Shown here: positions 35,198-45,994 of the stretch, piece after piece
Numbering within the stretch: the first letter of the stretch is position 1
Layout: the number at the start of each line of letters is the position of its first letter
Source of the DNA: Salisapilia sapeloensis CBS 127946
Lineage: Eukaryota; Protista; Oomycota
Length of the DNA stretch: 64,000 nt
Assembly (NCBI GenBank): GCA_023334545.1
Contig: JAADVB010000081.1
Coordinates: forward strand, 5,734-69,733
Direction: 5' to 3'
The notes under the pieces: model-generated
What the model was told of the DNA's origin: nothing
What the model saw: only the letters and a program-made list of their open reading frames with translations
Database searches by the model: none
Position numbers and translations under genes: made by a program

Positions 35198-36964
35198 CTA
35201 TTCAGCTTCTTCCTTTACTTTTTCCTCCTCCTCTTCCTCCTTCACTTGTTCCTGCTTGACTTCCAAACCGTCCAACAGCTCACGTATCTGCGTTCGAGAC
35301 CTTTCAATGTCCTCCGTCGTTTTCTCTTCGTTCTCGTCCTTCACCTCGAGCTCTTGCTCCAACAACTCGAGCTGCTCTTTCAAAGTGTCCACGACACTCG
35401 ATCGCTTCAAATTGCTTTCGTACAGTTGGATATTGATGTACGCATTCAACTTTCGAGAGTACGTGCACAAGTGAGCAAGCGTAAAGGCAAGTCGTTGTAG
35501 CACATATAGCCCTGCCTCCAGTCTACGAACATACGCCTCGTCCGAGTCATCATCGACACTCGATTGAACTCGTTCGTAGTACTTGCCAAACAAACTCACA
35601 AGCCGATCTACCTTTTCCATCTCATTCTCGATAAACTTTGCATGGAATCGATCACAAACATCGTGCTCTGCCTCTGGACGCAAGAGACCACAGCACGAAG
35701 CGATGATACTCGCTGTATTCTCCTCCAGCTGAGCTTTCACGGACGCAAGCTTGTAGTTCTTGGACGGACGAACGATCTTCTTGCCCATAAAGTACGAAAA
35801 CAAGGCACGCAAGCCACCGACTTGGACCAGTCGCTCGCAATTCCGAACGTTCCCGATCGTCGCGTGGTCTACGATCCGCACTGCGCCATGACCGACGAAT
35901 AGTTTCTTGTCTTTCAAGCACCGGAGCATGAGCTCCATGCCTTCTAAATGTCGAAAGTGGTCCTGTGCCTGTCGAACGAGCAAGACACTACATAACGAAT
36001 TGACTAGGTTTTCTACCAACTCTTCCTCTTCTTCTGACGCTGGCGTCCGCTTACGGTACGGAGCCAACGCCTGGAGAAGTCCATCCAGTCCATCCGTATC
36101 CTCTTGCTTCTTGAGAAAATGATCTCGAGAAGCTGGACCGGATTGGAGCAGGATGGATAGGATTTCACTAGCGTACAATTTATTTTCACTAAAGGAACGA
36201 GATGGACTAACTAGTTGGAGTAGGAACGGCGCGACATTCGTGTGTCCGATGGCTTGTTCACATGCAGATGGAAGCACCTCGGCAACGTTTTCCAGGAGCT
36301 GGAGGGAATGGTAGATCCCCGTCGCCTCGGCAGCGTTCTCGTCCTGCGTCGGGTTCGCTGCATCCATCTGCCACATGTTGGACACTACTAACGAAAGCAT
36401 GTTCTGGTCTACAAAGGTCTGGACGAGGCCGCGAGTGTGCTCGAGCACAGCAGACGTGGCGGAAGCTTCTTCCTCCACCACGTCCGAAAGCTCCGCAAGA
36501 ACGGAGAGGACACTAAGGCGTACGTCTAGATTCTCATGGGAAAGCATACCCAAGAGCATACTAGGTACTTGTAGCTCCTGTAGACGTGGATATAAGGACG
36601 AAGCAGCACCCACTGCCTTCCATTTATTCACTTCTTCATCGAGTGTCACCTCGGAGTCCATGAATTTCGTCGGGTCATTCGCGTATTTGGAGCGTTGGAG
36701 AGCGTTTTTACGTATAGCTTTCTGTAGTGAAGTCGCCATGGATTTTAAGGAGCGTGCATCGAGCGTTAGCACTTGATTCTTGTCAGCTTGGGCCAATAAT
36801 CGGTCCATATCGTCCTTGGACATCTCTGTTTCCTGTGTTCTGGAACGTTTAGCATGAGATTCGACGCCATCCGTGTAAGTGGATGGGTTGTCTTCGTCAA
36901 TATCATCTTCTAGAGACCGTTTCTTCGCATGTACGTCGGATTCAGAGCGAGAGGAAGAGCTCAT
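35198..36964 (-). CDS. CTNNBL1: Beta-catenin-like protein 1 (Prp19 complex)
   Basis: KNALQRSKYANDPTKFMDSEVTLDEE; LLGMLSHENLDV; NKLYASEILSILLQ; EELVENLVNSLCS; LEAGLYVLQ. Confidence 0.93.
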   Translation of the reverse strand: MSSSSRSESDVHAKKRSLEDDIDEDNPSTYTDGVESHAKRSRTQETEMSKDDMDRLLAQADKNQVLTLDARSLKSMATSLQKAIRKNALQRSKYANDPTKFMDSEVTLDEEVNKWKAVGAASSLYPRLQELQVPSMLLGMLSHENLDVRLSVLSVLAELSDVVEEEASATSAVLEHTRGLVQTFVDQNMLSLVVSNMWQMDAANPTQDENAAEATGIYHSLQLLENVAEVLPSACEQAIGHTNVAPFLLQLVSPSRSFSENKLYASEILSILLQSGPASRDHFLKKQEDTDGLDGLLQALAPYRKRTPASEEEEELVENLVNSLCSVLLVRQAQDHFRHLEGMELMLRCLKDKKLFVGHGAVRIVDHATIGNVRNCERLVQVGGLRALFSYFMGKKIVRPSKNYKLASVKAQLEENTASIIASCCGLLRPEAEHDVCDRFHAKFIENEMEKVDRLVSLFGKYYERVQSSVDDDSDEAYVRRLEAGLYVLQRLAFTLAHLCTYSRKLNAYINIQLYESNLKRSSVVDTLKEQLELLEQELEVKDENEEKTTEDIERSRTQIRELLDGLEVKQEQVKEEEEEEKVKEEAE

Positions 36965-37278
36965 GACGTCCGAAAGTTTATTATCTACTTTTTGTGTCGC
37001 GTTTTAGTGTCGTGGAAAACACTTGAACAAAATATAGGACCAGGAAAAGGTACTTGAGAAAGCGTCTACTTGGCTCTTTTTGACCATCGTCATGTACGCT
37101 CACGACGTACTCCTGTGCTCATGCAAAGTCGGAGCATTATATATACATCTACCATTACGATATTAAAACGAGCTAAAAGACACATAAGCAGATTCTTCTC
37201 AATACTGCATAAAGGTCTAGCTGAAAGATAATGAAAGCTAGCTGAACTAGTAGATATTCATGTATATTCCTGTTCTAC

Positions 37279-37656
37279 TTAGGACTGCAAGATCGGTTGA
37301 GGCCGAGATGCAAAGAGCACTCGCTGTCGCGCGATCCCAACGACTTCATATTGCAATTCTATTCCCATTCCACTCCATAAGCACATATGTATCTCCTACA
37401 AGCTGACGATGCTACCTTCATCCTGTTCAGCTCCACCATGCTTTTCAAGCACAGCAAAAGGCTTTGGAAGCGGCGCTAGCTTCCCAGTGAGTAGCTGATG
37501 ACCGATACGCAGTGTCGGTACGCCATTCACAAACTTTAGTTTCCCGATCTCGGTGTCCTGGAAGCCATCGGAAGCTTCCTCCGGTACGATCTGTCCTTGG
37601 AACTCGACCACACACCACTCGTGGTCCGCCCCCGTCGTCTCCACCTCCACGAGCAT
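37279..37656 (-). CDS. CTF8: Chromosome transmission fidelity protein 8 (Ctf18-RFC subunit); one intron about 37359-37415
   Basis: EWCVVEFQG...LRIGHQLLTGKLAPLPKPFAVL; spliced C-terminus YEVVGIARQRVLFASRPQPI. Confidence 0.88.
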
Positions 37657-37756
37657 GCTTCGAGCTTCCTGTTCGTGTGCTTTATCCGGATGACTAGCAT
37701 CTTATCCGGACAACAATTCCACGACACAAGCTGCCGGTGCTTCGATCCTAGCAGCT

Positions 37757-38860
37757 ATGGAGACGGCTTCCTCAGCTAGTACGCCGCCAAAACCACGTAC
37801 CAAACCATCCATGGTCAACAGACTAGATGCCTATCAAGAGTCAGACTTGCCAGGTACACCACCACCTCCACAAGAGCTGCCAAATACGGAAAAGAGACCA
37901 GCGAGCGTCACGTATGACGACGAACAAGTCGCGTGTGGTAGAAGGTTGCAACGTGCAATCCGTAGATTCATGTTCCGAACTAGATACGCTCGTAGTCGTA
38001 GTGCAGAAGGTCGACCGGCCCAAGTACGTGTACTTCGGACATTAGGATTAGAACTCTTATGCGATTTTCGTAACCTCGCCTACTTGTACTGCAATGTCCG
38101 CGTCCTCAAGCAACCGTTCGGTCCGTTCATGTTCCAATTCCAGACTTCTCGTTGTACCAACGTCTACGGTGGGCATTGGGAAGACGACGAGCTCTTCGTG
38201 CCGTATCTCTCTTCCAAATGCGAAATCGTCCTCACGCTCGTGGGCGTCACGAGTCGAGGACGTAAGCGGCATCTAGGCCAAAGCGTCATTCCTCTGCACA
38301 CGTATTGGGAACGCAGCGTTCAGACTGTGACAGAATCCCTGGGCAAGTGGAAATTCCCGACGGAGGAAGAGCTCCTTGGAACAGGTCGCTACATCAAAGG
38401 ACAGTTCGAGGTAGAAATCAAACCCGTCGCGTCCAATTCCTCGGGTCAGTTCCTCATGGCCCCTCCGATGAAACTCCAAAACAGTACGTCATGGAAAGCA
38501 CTCTGGTCTGCTTGGTCCAAGACGAAAGAAGAGGAAGACGCAAGTACGAATACACATGCTACGAGTTCTACTTTAAAGGAGGTGGAAGGCAACTTGGTGT
38601 GTCGTTGGGGCGTGCTAAGCGACACCTACTTCCACCTCTTTGACCACAACTCTGCCAAGCTCTACGTCAGCCTCGACCTGGCGAAACTACAGCTCATTCA
38701 GCCGACAGAACAGGAGCAAGAAGACGCGAATACTCGTCTGTATCCCGTTAAAGTCTACAGCCAAGGCTCGACGTACGTGCTATTCGTCTCTACTCTCCAC
38801 CTACAGCAGCTATGGGTCTATCGTATCGACTGCTGTCGACGCAAGCTCCTGATTCCATAG
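37757..38860 (+). CDS. Hypothetical protein with IQ-like, C2-like and PH-like segments
   Basis: RRLQRAIRRF (IQ-like); LTLVGV...RHLGQSVIPL (C2-like); RWGVLSDTYFHLF...LQQLWVYRI (PH-like). Confidence 0.6.
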   Translation: METASSASTPPKPRTKPSMVNRLDAYQESDLPGTPPPPQELPNTEKRPASVTYDDEQVACGRRLQRAIRRFMFRTRYARSRSAEGRPAQVRVLRTLGLELLCDFRNLAYLYCNVRVLKQPFGPFMFQFQTSRCTNVYGGHWEDDELFVPYLSSKCEIVLTLVGVTSRGRKRHLGQSVIPLHTYWERSVQTVTESLGKWKFPTEEELLGTGRYIKGQFEVEIKPVASNSSGQFLMAPPMKLQNSTSWKALWSAWSKTKEEEDASTNTHATSSTLKEVEGNLVCRWGVLSDTYFHLFDHNSAKLYVSLDLAKLQLIQPTEQEQEDANTRLYPVKVYSQGSTYVLFVSTLHLQQLWVYRIDCCRRKLLIP

Positions 38861-38911
38861 ATATGTACTAGCTGTATTTAAGAAAAGAGTCTTCGGAAAG
38901 AAAAGAAAGGT

Positions 38912-39939
38912 CTATTGCGTCTTCTTCGCTAGCCATCCAAGAGGTCTACAAATCTTTGGTTTTAGATACAGAAGTAGGCAATCGAATATAGGTACAGGTC
39001 TTACGATCCGACGTTCCAGAGAGATTGGATCTTGGGAAATATAAGGTATGCGTCATAATCCACGACGAATGCTCGTGGATTCTCGTCAGGAGACGTGTAT
39101 CCGATCGGATGTCCAGCTTGGACGCACTGGAAGTTCTGATGACCGACACCGTCAGCCCATTGGAACCCTTCCTGCGACAGTTTAAACACCTGCGTTATCT
39201 CGTACGTATGTCGCTTGCCAGTGGACTCTACAACGGAACTAGTAGGTGTATCTAAAACGACCGTCTGTGTGTCGTGCTCTAGTATCTGCCATACCCTACG
39301 TTCTAAGTCATCTACGGTGGCACTGGAGAAGGCACTTGCCTGGCCACTCTCGTAGCAGATGCCTGTACCGCCATGGATGTTCACGTACTCGTCCGTGAGC
39401 GCTACTTGACCATCTGCTAAGAGATGATTCGGATCTAGGAGATGGATGTCACAAGGCAGGCGGCGTAGCATTTGCTGTAGCTGACTGTCGTGCTCCACAC
39501 GTTGTGCCTGGCGTCCTGCTAGGCGGATGAAAGGATCGGAAGGCTTGTTCGTCGAATGCACATCCAGCAATACGTCGCTTTGGGCTAGAATTGGAGCTAA
39601 TGCTTGTGCTCTTTGCTGCTCATACACGCTTGATTCGTGATTTCCAGACAAGAGGTCCTGTCGGAAACACCGGTTCATGTCTGCATGAGGAACACTTCCT
39701 CGCGTACCCGTACGAATCGCTACAGGATTACCATATATGAGTGTCAAGGATCCATTCACGACTGTCGCGGGGTTTCGAGCTGCTTGTGGAAGCAAGAGAG
39801 CTTGTCGAAGTCGATCAAGCACATCGACACCAATGCGTTCATTCCCATGCACACCACCCATGATCGTAACATTCTTCCCAGCACGTGCGGACTGAGATGG
39901 GAAGCGATAGACGCCATGGAGGAGCTGCTGGTACTTCAT
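38912..39939 (-). CDS. Succinylglutamate desuccinylase/aspartoacylase (AstE/AspA, M14-like zinc hydrolase); 3' intron about 38948-39004; start uncertain
   Basis: GGVHGNERIG zinc motif; GNP...DMNRCF; LLDVHST; GICYESGQ; C-terminal biotinyl-like region ending PLGWLA. Confidence 0.85.
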
Positions 39940-40044
39940 TTGTCCACTTTCGTCTTCTGAGACGAGACTCTTTCTTTTGTTTACAATTCTTTTCTTCCCA
40001 TGAGACGAAACCATATCCTGAAGCGATTTATTTTGAATCGGAGC

Positions 40045-41364
40045 ATGATGCATCTCCTTATCCTCTTCTTTCTCCTCTTCCAGGCCTCGTATGGCCATCT
40101 AAGTGAAGACAAACGCAATGTACTAAAGTCACACATGTCTACCAAGACAGTGTACCCACCTCCACCGACATTTGATGACCAGCTCAAGCAAGAGAGCGAG
40201 GTCGAAACGACCGACGAATGCGTTCCGATCCAGCTCAATTATGTCATTCGACACGGCACGAGACACCCGACAATCAAGGATATTCGTAAGATCAATGCCA
40301 CGCATGCAAAGCTGAACACTAGCAGTCGAGCAGACTCGTGGATCTCGTCCTGGACGTCCAGATATAGAGACGAAGAGGAGGCGTGGCTCGCACCTGCTGG
40401 CGTCACGGAGCTCGTGGGACTCGGACAGCGTCTACGTGCTCGATTCGGAGCATCCATGGGCATTCAATTCCACGCCGACAAGTTCGTAGTGGAGCACACA
40501 TGGAAGGAGCGGACGCAGCAGAGTGCTTCGGCCTTTGCTCACGGCTTCTTTCACGGTCCGCAGCCAGTGTTCATGTCCGCGGCGCCGGCCGGACAAGATG
40601 AGATCCTTCGGTTCTATGATAACTGCCTAGCTTTTGAAGTGCAAGTAGAAAAGAATAAGTCAGCTCTAGTAGAACATACAAAGTATAGGGATAGTCATGC
40701 CATGCGTCGGAACTTGCGCAAGTTCCGACAAGCAGCAAACGACCCGACGTTGTTGCAAAAGGACATGGAGGCTGCTTACAGTGCCTGTGCCTTTGATGTC
40801 GCAACGCACGGCATTCTCGATGAATGGTGCTCGCTCTTTGACGTCGAATCGCTCCTGTCCTTGGACTATCTAAACGACCTCAAGCACTTCTATCGCAAAG
40901 GCCATGGCAACGCCATCGCCTATGAGATCGCTTCTCCTCTTCTGCAGCACGTCGCGCAGACGATGGAGAGCAGAGTGCGTGGCGACACGAGTGTCGAAGG
41001 CCACTTTCGCTTCGCACACGCTGAAACGATCCTCCCTCTTGCTTCGCTTCTTAATTTGTCCAGTTTGGACATCCACCAAAGTCGTTTAGATGGACACTTC
41101 CGTGCCGATACGCCTCTCGAAGTCGCTCTCAAGCGCAAGTTCAAAGGATCGGAGCTAGCTCCTTTCTCGGCCAACATTGGCTTCGTCCTATATGACTGTC
41201 ACGACGGCTTTAAAGTCCAGACGCTGCTGCATGAACGTCAAGTGACGTTTGATGCATGTGGTAACGAGCCTCTGTGCCCATTTGAAGAGTTCAAAGACAT
41301 GTTCCGGACTTGGCTATTCGAGTACGACTTCCAGACGCAATGCCAAGTACCATTTGAAAAATAA
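40045..41364 (+). CDS. MINPP1: Multiple inositol polyphosphate phosphatase / histidine acid phytase with a signal peptide
   Basis: RHGTRHP catalytic motif; RTQQSA; FAHAET; APFSANI; hydrophobic N-terminus MMHLLILFFLLFQASYG. Confidence 0.9.
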   Translation: MMHLLILFFLLFQASYGHLSEDKRNVLKSHMSTKTVYPPPPTFDDQLKQESEVETTDECVPIQLNYVIRHGTRHPTIKDIRKINATHAKLNTSSRADSWISSWTSRYRDEEEAWLAPAGVTELVGLGQRLRARFGASMGIQFHADKFVVEHTWKERTQQSASAFAHGFFHGPQPVFMSAAPAGQDEILRFYDNCLAFEVQVEKNKSALVEHTKYRDSHAMRRNLRKFRQAANDPTLLQKDMEAAYSACAFDVATHGILDEWCSLFDVESLLSLDYLNDLKHFYRKGHGNAIAYEIASPLLQHVAQTMESRVRGDTSVEGHFRFAHAETILPLASLLNLSSLDIHQSRLDGHFRADTPLEVALKRKFKGSELAPFSANIGFVLYDCHDGFKVQTLLHERQVTFDACGNEPLCPFEEFKDMFRTWLFEYDFQTQCQVPFEK

Positions 41365-41380
41365 GAAAGCAATCTATTCC

Positions 41381-42654
41381 TTAATCCAATTCATCTACAT
41401 TCGTCTCCATCTCTTTCGCTCTTGATGCCATGTGAACAGGTGCTGGAGGAGGTAGTAAAGGTGCCTCTGTCTCTACAGAAGACAGAAGAGGAGTGACGTT
41501 CAAGAGGCGCGTGGCAGGTGGAAGAACCTTGTCATGATCCATGGTAACCTCCGACGCACTCTCCACGACCTTGTAGTTACTCTGTACAAAGGTCTCGGTG
41601 GAGCTGCCGATGCCAGCTCCGACACTTGCACACTGCTCCAAGAGCTTCATCCGATCGGGAGTCACGTCGACGGGAGCTCTCGTTTCCTCCTGATTATCAT
41701 TCACGACATTCTCCCATCGCTTCTGTCTCTGTTGTCTCAAGTCCTCGCTCTCTTGCGTCGGACGAATCGTTTCGCCAGAGTACACGTTCGTACGTGCCTC
41801 TTGTTCATCTCTCCTCTTCTTCTTCGCGTCCTGAATCATCTGCTCAAAGAAGAGGAAGTTCTGTTCATCCCGATCCTTCTTCTCCTGCCGAATTCGATCC
41901 ATCTCGACTCTCTCAGCTTCCTGAGCTGCCTTATAGTCTCCATCAGAAGCATCCAACGCTCGTCCCCATGCATCCACTCGACGTCGCTCGTCCTCAAAGA
42001 CCGGACGATCGTCCAAGTACCGTAGTTTCCGACAACGATAGATGATCGTCTTGCGATACTGCTTAATGTGCTTCACGACGTCATTTCCGTGGAGATACAG
42101 GACCTTTAGCTCCGGCATGTTGGACAAGATATCTACGATCGCCGGATCATCGAGTTGGTTCCCTTGGACATCTAGGACACTCAGCTTTGGCAGAAACTCG
42201 ACGGCAGCGATATCGGACGCTGAGTGGAGATAATTCCCCTTTAACGCTAATGTCTAGTAGGAGATCGTATAAGTACATCTACCTAGATCTACGCATGTCG
42301 ATGGAAACGTACAGTCAATTGATGTAGATGGCTCACATTTTCTATACAAGAGATCTGGTTCTGACTAAGGTTCAGTGAATCCAACTCGAGTAATGTATCA
42401 AGACCTTCTATCTTTCGGATCAAATTTTCATGCAGATAGAGAGATCGGAGATGTGTCTGATGCTCAAGACCTTCGATACGAGGCAGACCATTGCCTTCGA
42501 GCCACAAGACTTTCAGGTTCACGTACTCTTCCAGATTTTGAATACGTCGGAAACCCTTGTAGTGGAGGTACAGCTTGTCATTCACCGATGGCGTCGTGTA
42601 CAAGTCATGCTCTCGACAGAGCTTGCGCAAGTACGGCTTCTCCATGTCGACCAT
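41381..42654 (-). CDS. DNAAF1: Dynein axonemal assembly factor 1 (LRRC50/ODA7); intron about 42255-42310
   Basis: [24 protein letters not shown]; LRRs; LYLHGN...[31 protein letters not shown]. Confidence 0.92.
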
Positions 42655-42778
42655 AGCTGCTGGAGATCGAGTGTGACCTTTCAAGATCGAAAGATCGCAT
42701 CTGCCGTTTCGATATCAAAGAGTAGAGGTACGAGTACTACTGGCACTGGCCATGGAATATCTCCTTTATTCAAGGTTC

Positions 42779-43855
42779 TTATAGCTGGTTAGTCGAGTTC
42801 AAGTTCTTGAACGCAACCTTGACGCGCTCCATCATCGACTCCTCAGCCTTGCGGACCCACACGCGCGGGTCGTAGTACTTCTTGTTCGGCTTGTCGGCGC
42901 CCTCCGGGTTACCGATCTGGTCCTGCAAGTAGTCCTTCTTCTCGTCATAGAACTGACGGACACCGTTCCAGTACGCCCACTGCGTGTCCGTGTCAATGTT
43001 CATCTTGACGACACCGTTCTTGACAGCGTCAAAGATCTCCTCTTCCGTCGAGCCAGAGCCGCCGTGGAAAACGAACATGACCGGCTGCTTCTTCGACGGA
43101 GCAACCTTCTCGGACACGTACTTCTGGAACTTATCCAAGAGCTCCGGGTGGAGACGGACGTTGCCAGGCTTGTAGACACCGTGGACATTGCCAAAGGCAG
43201 CGGCAATCGTAAAGTACGGGGAGACTTCGCTAAGCTCGTTGTAGCAGTAGAGAATGTCCTCCGGCTGCGAGTACAGCGAGTTGTTGTCGACACCAGTGTT
43301 GTCGACACCGTCTTCTTCGCCACCCGTGATGCCGAGCTCGACTTCCAAGATCTGGTTCATCTTGGCCATGCGCTTGAAGTACTCCTTGCTCGTCTTGACG
43401 TTCTCCTCCATGGGTTCCTCAGACAGGTCAAGCATGTGGGAGCTGAAGAGCGGGACGCCGTGCTGGGCAAAGTACTCTTCATCGGCCTGGAGCATGCCGT
43501 CAAACCACGGAAGCAGCTTCTTGGCGCAGTGGTCCGAGTGCAAGACGACCGGCACCTTGTAGTGCTTGGCCATGGCGCGGATGTGGTAGGCGCCGGCAAC
43601 GGATCCGAGGACCGAAGCCTCCTGGTTCTTGTTGTCAATGCCCTTGCCGGCAAAGAAGGCGCCGCCGCCGTTCGAGATCTGCAAGATCACGGGCGAGTTG
43701 GCGTCGCGGGCGGCCTGGAGCACGGCGTTGGCCGTGGACGAGGACGTGACGTTGACGGCCGGGATGGCAAAGTCGTGGTCTTGCGCATAGTGGTAGAGCT
43801 TGACGACGTCCTCTCCGTTGAGGACACCGACGGGTACAATATCCAAGACTCCCAT
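42779..43855 (-). CDS. FBA: Fructose-bisphosphate aldolase class II (type A)
   Basis: VLHSDHC; SSHMLDLSEE; LEVELGITGGEEDGVD; FGNVHGVYKPG; FHGGSGS; KMNIDTD; KYYDPRVW. Confidence 0.97.
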   Translation of the reverse strand: MGVLDIVPVGVLNGEDVVKLYHYAQDHDFAIPAVNVTSSSTANAVLQAARDANSPVILQISNGGGAFFAGKGIDNKNQEASVLGSVAGAYHIRAMAKHYKVPVVLHSDHCAKKLLPWFDGMLQADEEYFAQHGVPLFSSHMLDLSEEPMEENVKTSKEYFKRMAKMNQILEVELGITGGEEDGVDNTGVDNNSLYSQPEDILYCYNELSEVSPYFTIAAAFGNVHGVYKPGNVRLHPELLDKFQKYVSEKVAPSKKQPVMFVFHGGSGSTEEEIFDAVKNGVVKMNIDTDTQWAYWNGVRQFYDEKKDYLQDQIGNPEGADKPNKKYYDPRVWVRKAEESMMERVKVAFKNLNSTNQL

Positions 43856-43892
43856 TCTTACGTTTGTGTTTCTGTGGCTTGTGTGCGAGGCG

Positions 43893-43910
43893 GCAAGATC
43901 CAAAATGAGC
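43893..43910 (-). promoter_or_regulatory. Oomycete-type INR+FPR core promoter of the aldolase gene
   Basis: Minus strand GCTCATTTTGGATCTTGC, about 40-55 bp upstream of the ATG. Confidence 0.65.
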
Positions 43911-44488
43911 TTTTCGAACCTTTTGCGGTGATCTCATGTCGAAGTGTCTATGTCCACAGCAGCATTTACTAATTTTCTATATCAAAATTCTAGTCAACTT
44001 AAAATTTCAAGAATTCATTTATCATATCATAGCTCTTTCTAAAAAGAAATATTTATCTCCAAAAATAAGAAGGAAACGTTGCTGTTGAAGTGGAGGCAAG
44101 AGCTCCATGTGCTTCTACCAACGCTTTCCCTTCTAAGAGTGCATGTTCGCATCATCGACCTTGTCCCTCAAGCGTTGTCCTTGCTTTAGTAATAGATATA
44201 CCAGATGCATCTTGTTTGCATCATGAAGCGTCTTATATGACGCTGCAGTGTCTATGCCACCTTCTCTCCGCATCGAATTAAAGACAAGTACATGCATGCC
44301 CCTGTTTTTCCCACACGCCTTCCCTCCTTTTGCTCTGCACACCGTCAATCGCCATACAAAATGTAACTACCTCTCGTCCTCGTCGTCTACACCTCTACAC
44401 AGTCAGTGTCTTCACTTGATTTTTGTATGTGAATTCGAACTACGTTCATTTTCCATCGAGAACCGAGAAACAAAGGTCGAGTACTAGT

Positions 44489-45920
44489 ATGCCGATTAAT
44501 TCACCCTACCACTCCTCTATGGAGAAGGAGATCATTAAAGCGACGAAAATCGTCGACTCCTTCTTCGGTTCTACCGTCAGCGCAGACGGTGCCATCCCGA
44601 CGGAACTTTTACGCAAATGCAGCGGCGTCGCATTCCTCACGGTCATCAAAGGAGGTTTCGTTTGGACGGGCAAAATCGGCACTGGCGTCGTCATCTCGAA
44701 ACTCCCGGATGGGTCCTGGTCGCCACCCTCTGGTATCGGCACCGCCGGCGTCGGCTTTGGTGCTGAAATCGGTGGGGAGCTCGTCGACTTCCTCATCATC
44801 CTCGGCTCCCCCTCGGCCGTACGCACCTTTAAGAAAGGAACGCAGGTAAGCGTCGGTGCAGGACTAGACATCACCATGGGCCCTGTCGGTCGTACTGCTG
44901 CAGCCAGCGTCAATGCCAGTGGCGGCGGCTTTAGTGCCAACTACTCGTACAGTCACTCGAAAGGAGCGTACGCTGGCATCGGTCTGCACGGCTCTACGAT
45001 CATGATCCGAGGCGACATGAACCACAGATTCTACGGCTCGGAAGTGTCGCCGATGCAGATCCTTTCAGGCGACGTCCAGCCTCCTGCCGGCTCGTGTGAT
45101 ATGCTCTACGAAGCCATTAACAGAGCTCTTAGCCACGAACAGAACATGCATCAGCCTGCCCTCGAAGGTCCCTCTTACGCAAGCCAGACGTACGGCAGCT
45201 ACCACTCTCGTGAAGAACGTGCGAGCGTCCTCCAGAGCGCCAGTCGCTCCTCAATGAACGCCAGCGTTCCGTACGACCACCAGCGTTCTTCCTCATCCTC
45301 ATCATCGTCCATCCCTCCACCCACCACCGTCGAAGCCGACCCAAATGACCCGAGACTCCGTCGCTTTAGCAATTACAAGAGTGAAAAGGAACTTTACGAA
45401 CAGTTCGCACAGCAAAAGAATGGCGGGAGTAAGCAAGAGTACAAGCACACGAATCCGAATGCGCCGGCAGTCCAGTACGAAGCTCGTCCGGCACCGGATG
45501 CCTCTCGTCCACCACGCCCATCGACCTCGTCTTCCTCCAGCTTTTCTGCACCAAAGCAAGAGGCACCTCCCGTACCTTCTCAGGCAACTGGATCCGAGAT
45601 GAAGCAAGTGTACATGCAAGTGATCAAGTTCATCAAGACGCAATGTCCACATGCCGATGTGCAAAAGTTCAAGGACAATTGTCGTCTCTTTGGACAGGAC
45701 CAAATGTCTTTGGACGCCTACTTTACCTATTTGAATTCGATATGCTCTCAGCAGCATCTCAAGGAGCTTTGTCCGCAACTTGTCCGACTACTTCCGACCG
45801 CCGACAAGCGAGAACGCCTATGGGTACGTTGTATTCAATTTCCTAGTCATTTCCTCCTGATCCTCATGTACGTAAAAATAGCAAAAATACGTCTCGGATG
45901 TCCTGCTCCTTCGAGTATAA
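44489..45920 (+). CDS. SYLF/Ysc84 (SH3YL1-like) domain protein with a C-terminal helical (PAH-like) domain; intron 45824-45881
   Basis: GVAFLTVIKGGFVWTGKIGTGVV...WSPPSGI...GAEIG...YSYSHSKGAYAGIGLHG; splicing gives LW|QKYVSDVLLLRV*. Confidence 0.85.
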
Positions 45921-45994
45921 AGAAAAGAAAAAACATGCTTATCTTTTTTGAAACTTTTATCTTTATTTTTATTTCTTGTTGCGAAGAGACGTTG

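Noticed and set aside
40045-40200. RxLR/CRN effector signature in signal-peptide proteins
   Set aside because: No RxLR-dEER or LxLFLAK motif seen in this or any other predicted N-terminus
43064-43972. 302-aa ORF antisense to the aldolase gene (similar ORFs opposite SHMT, eIF2A and CK2 beta)
   Set aside because: Same codon-bias shadow effect
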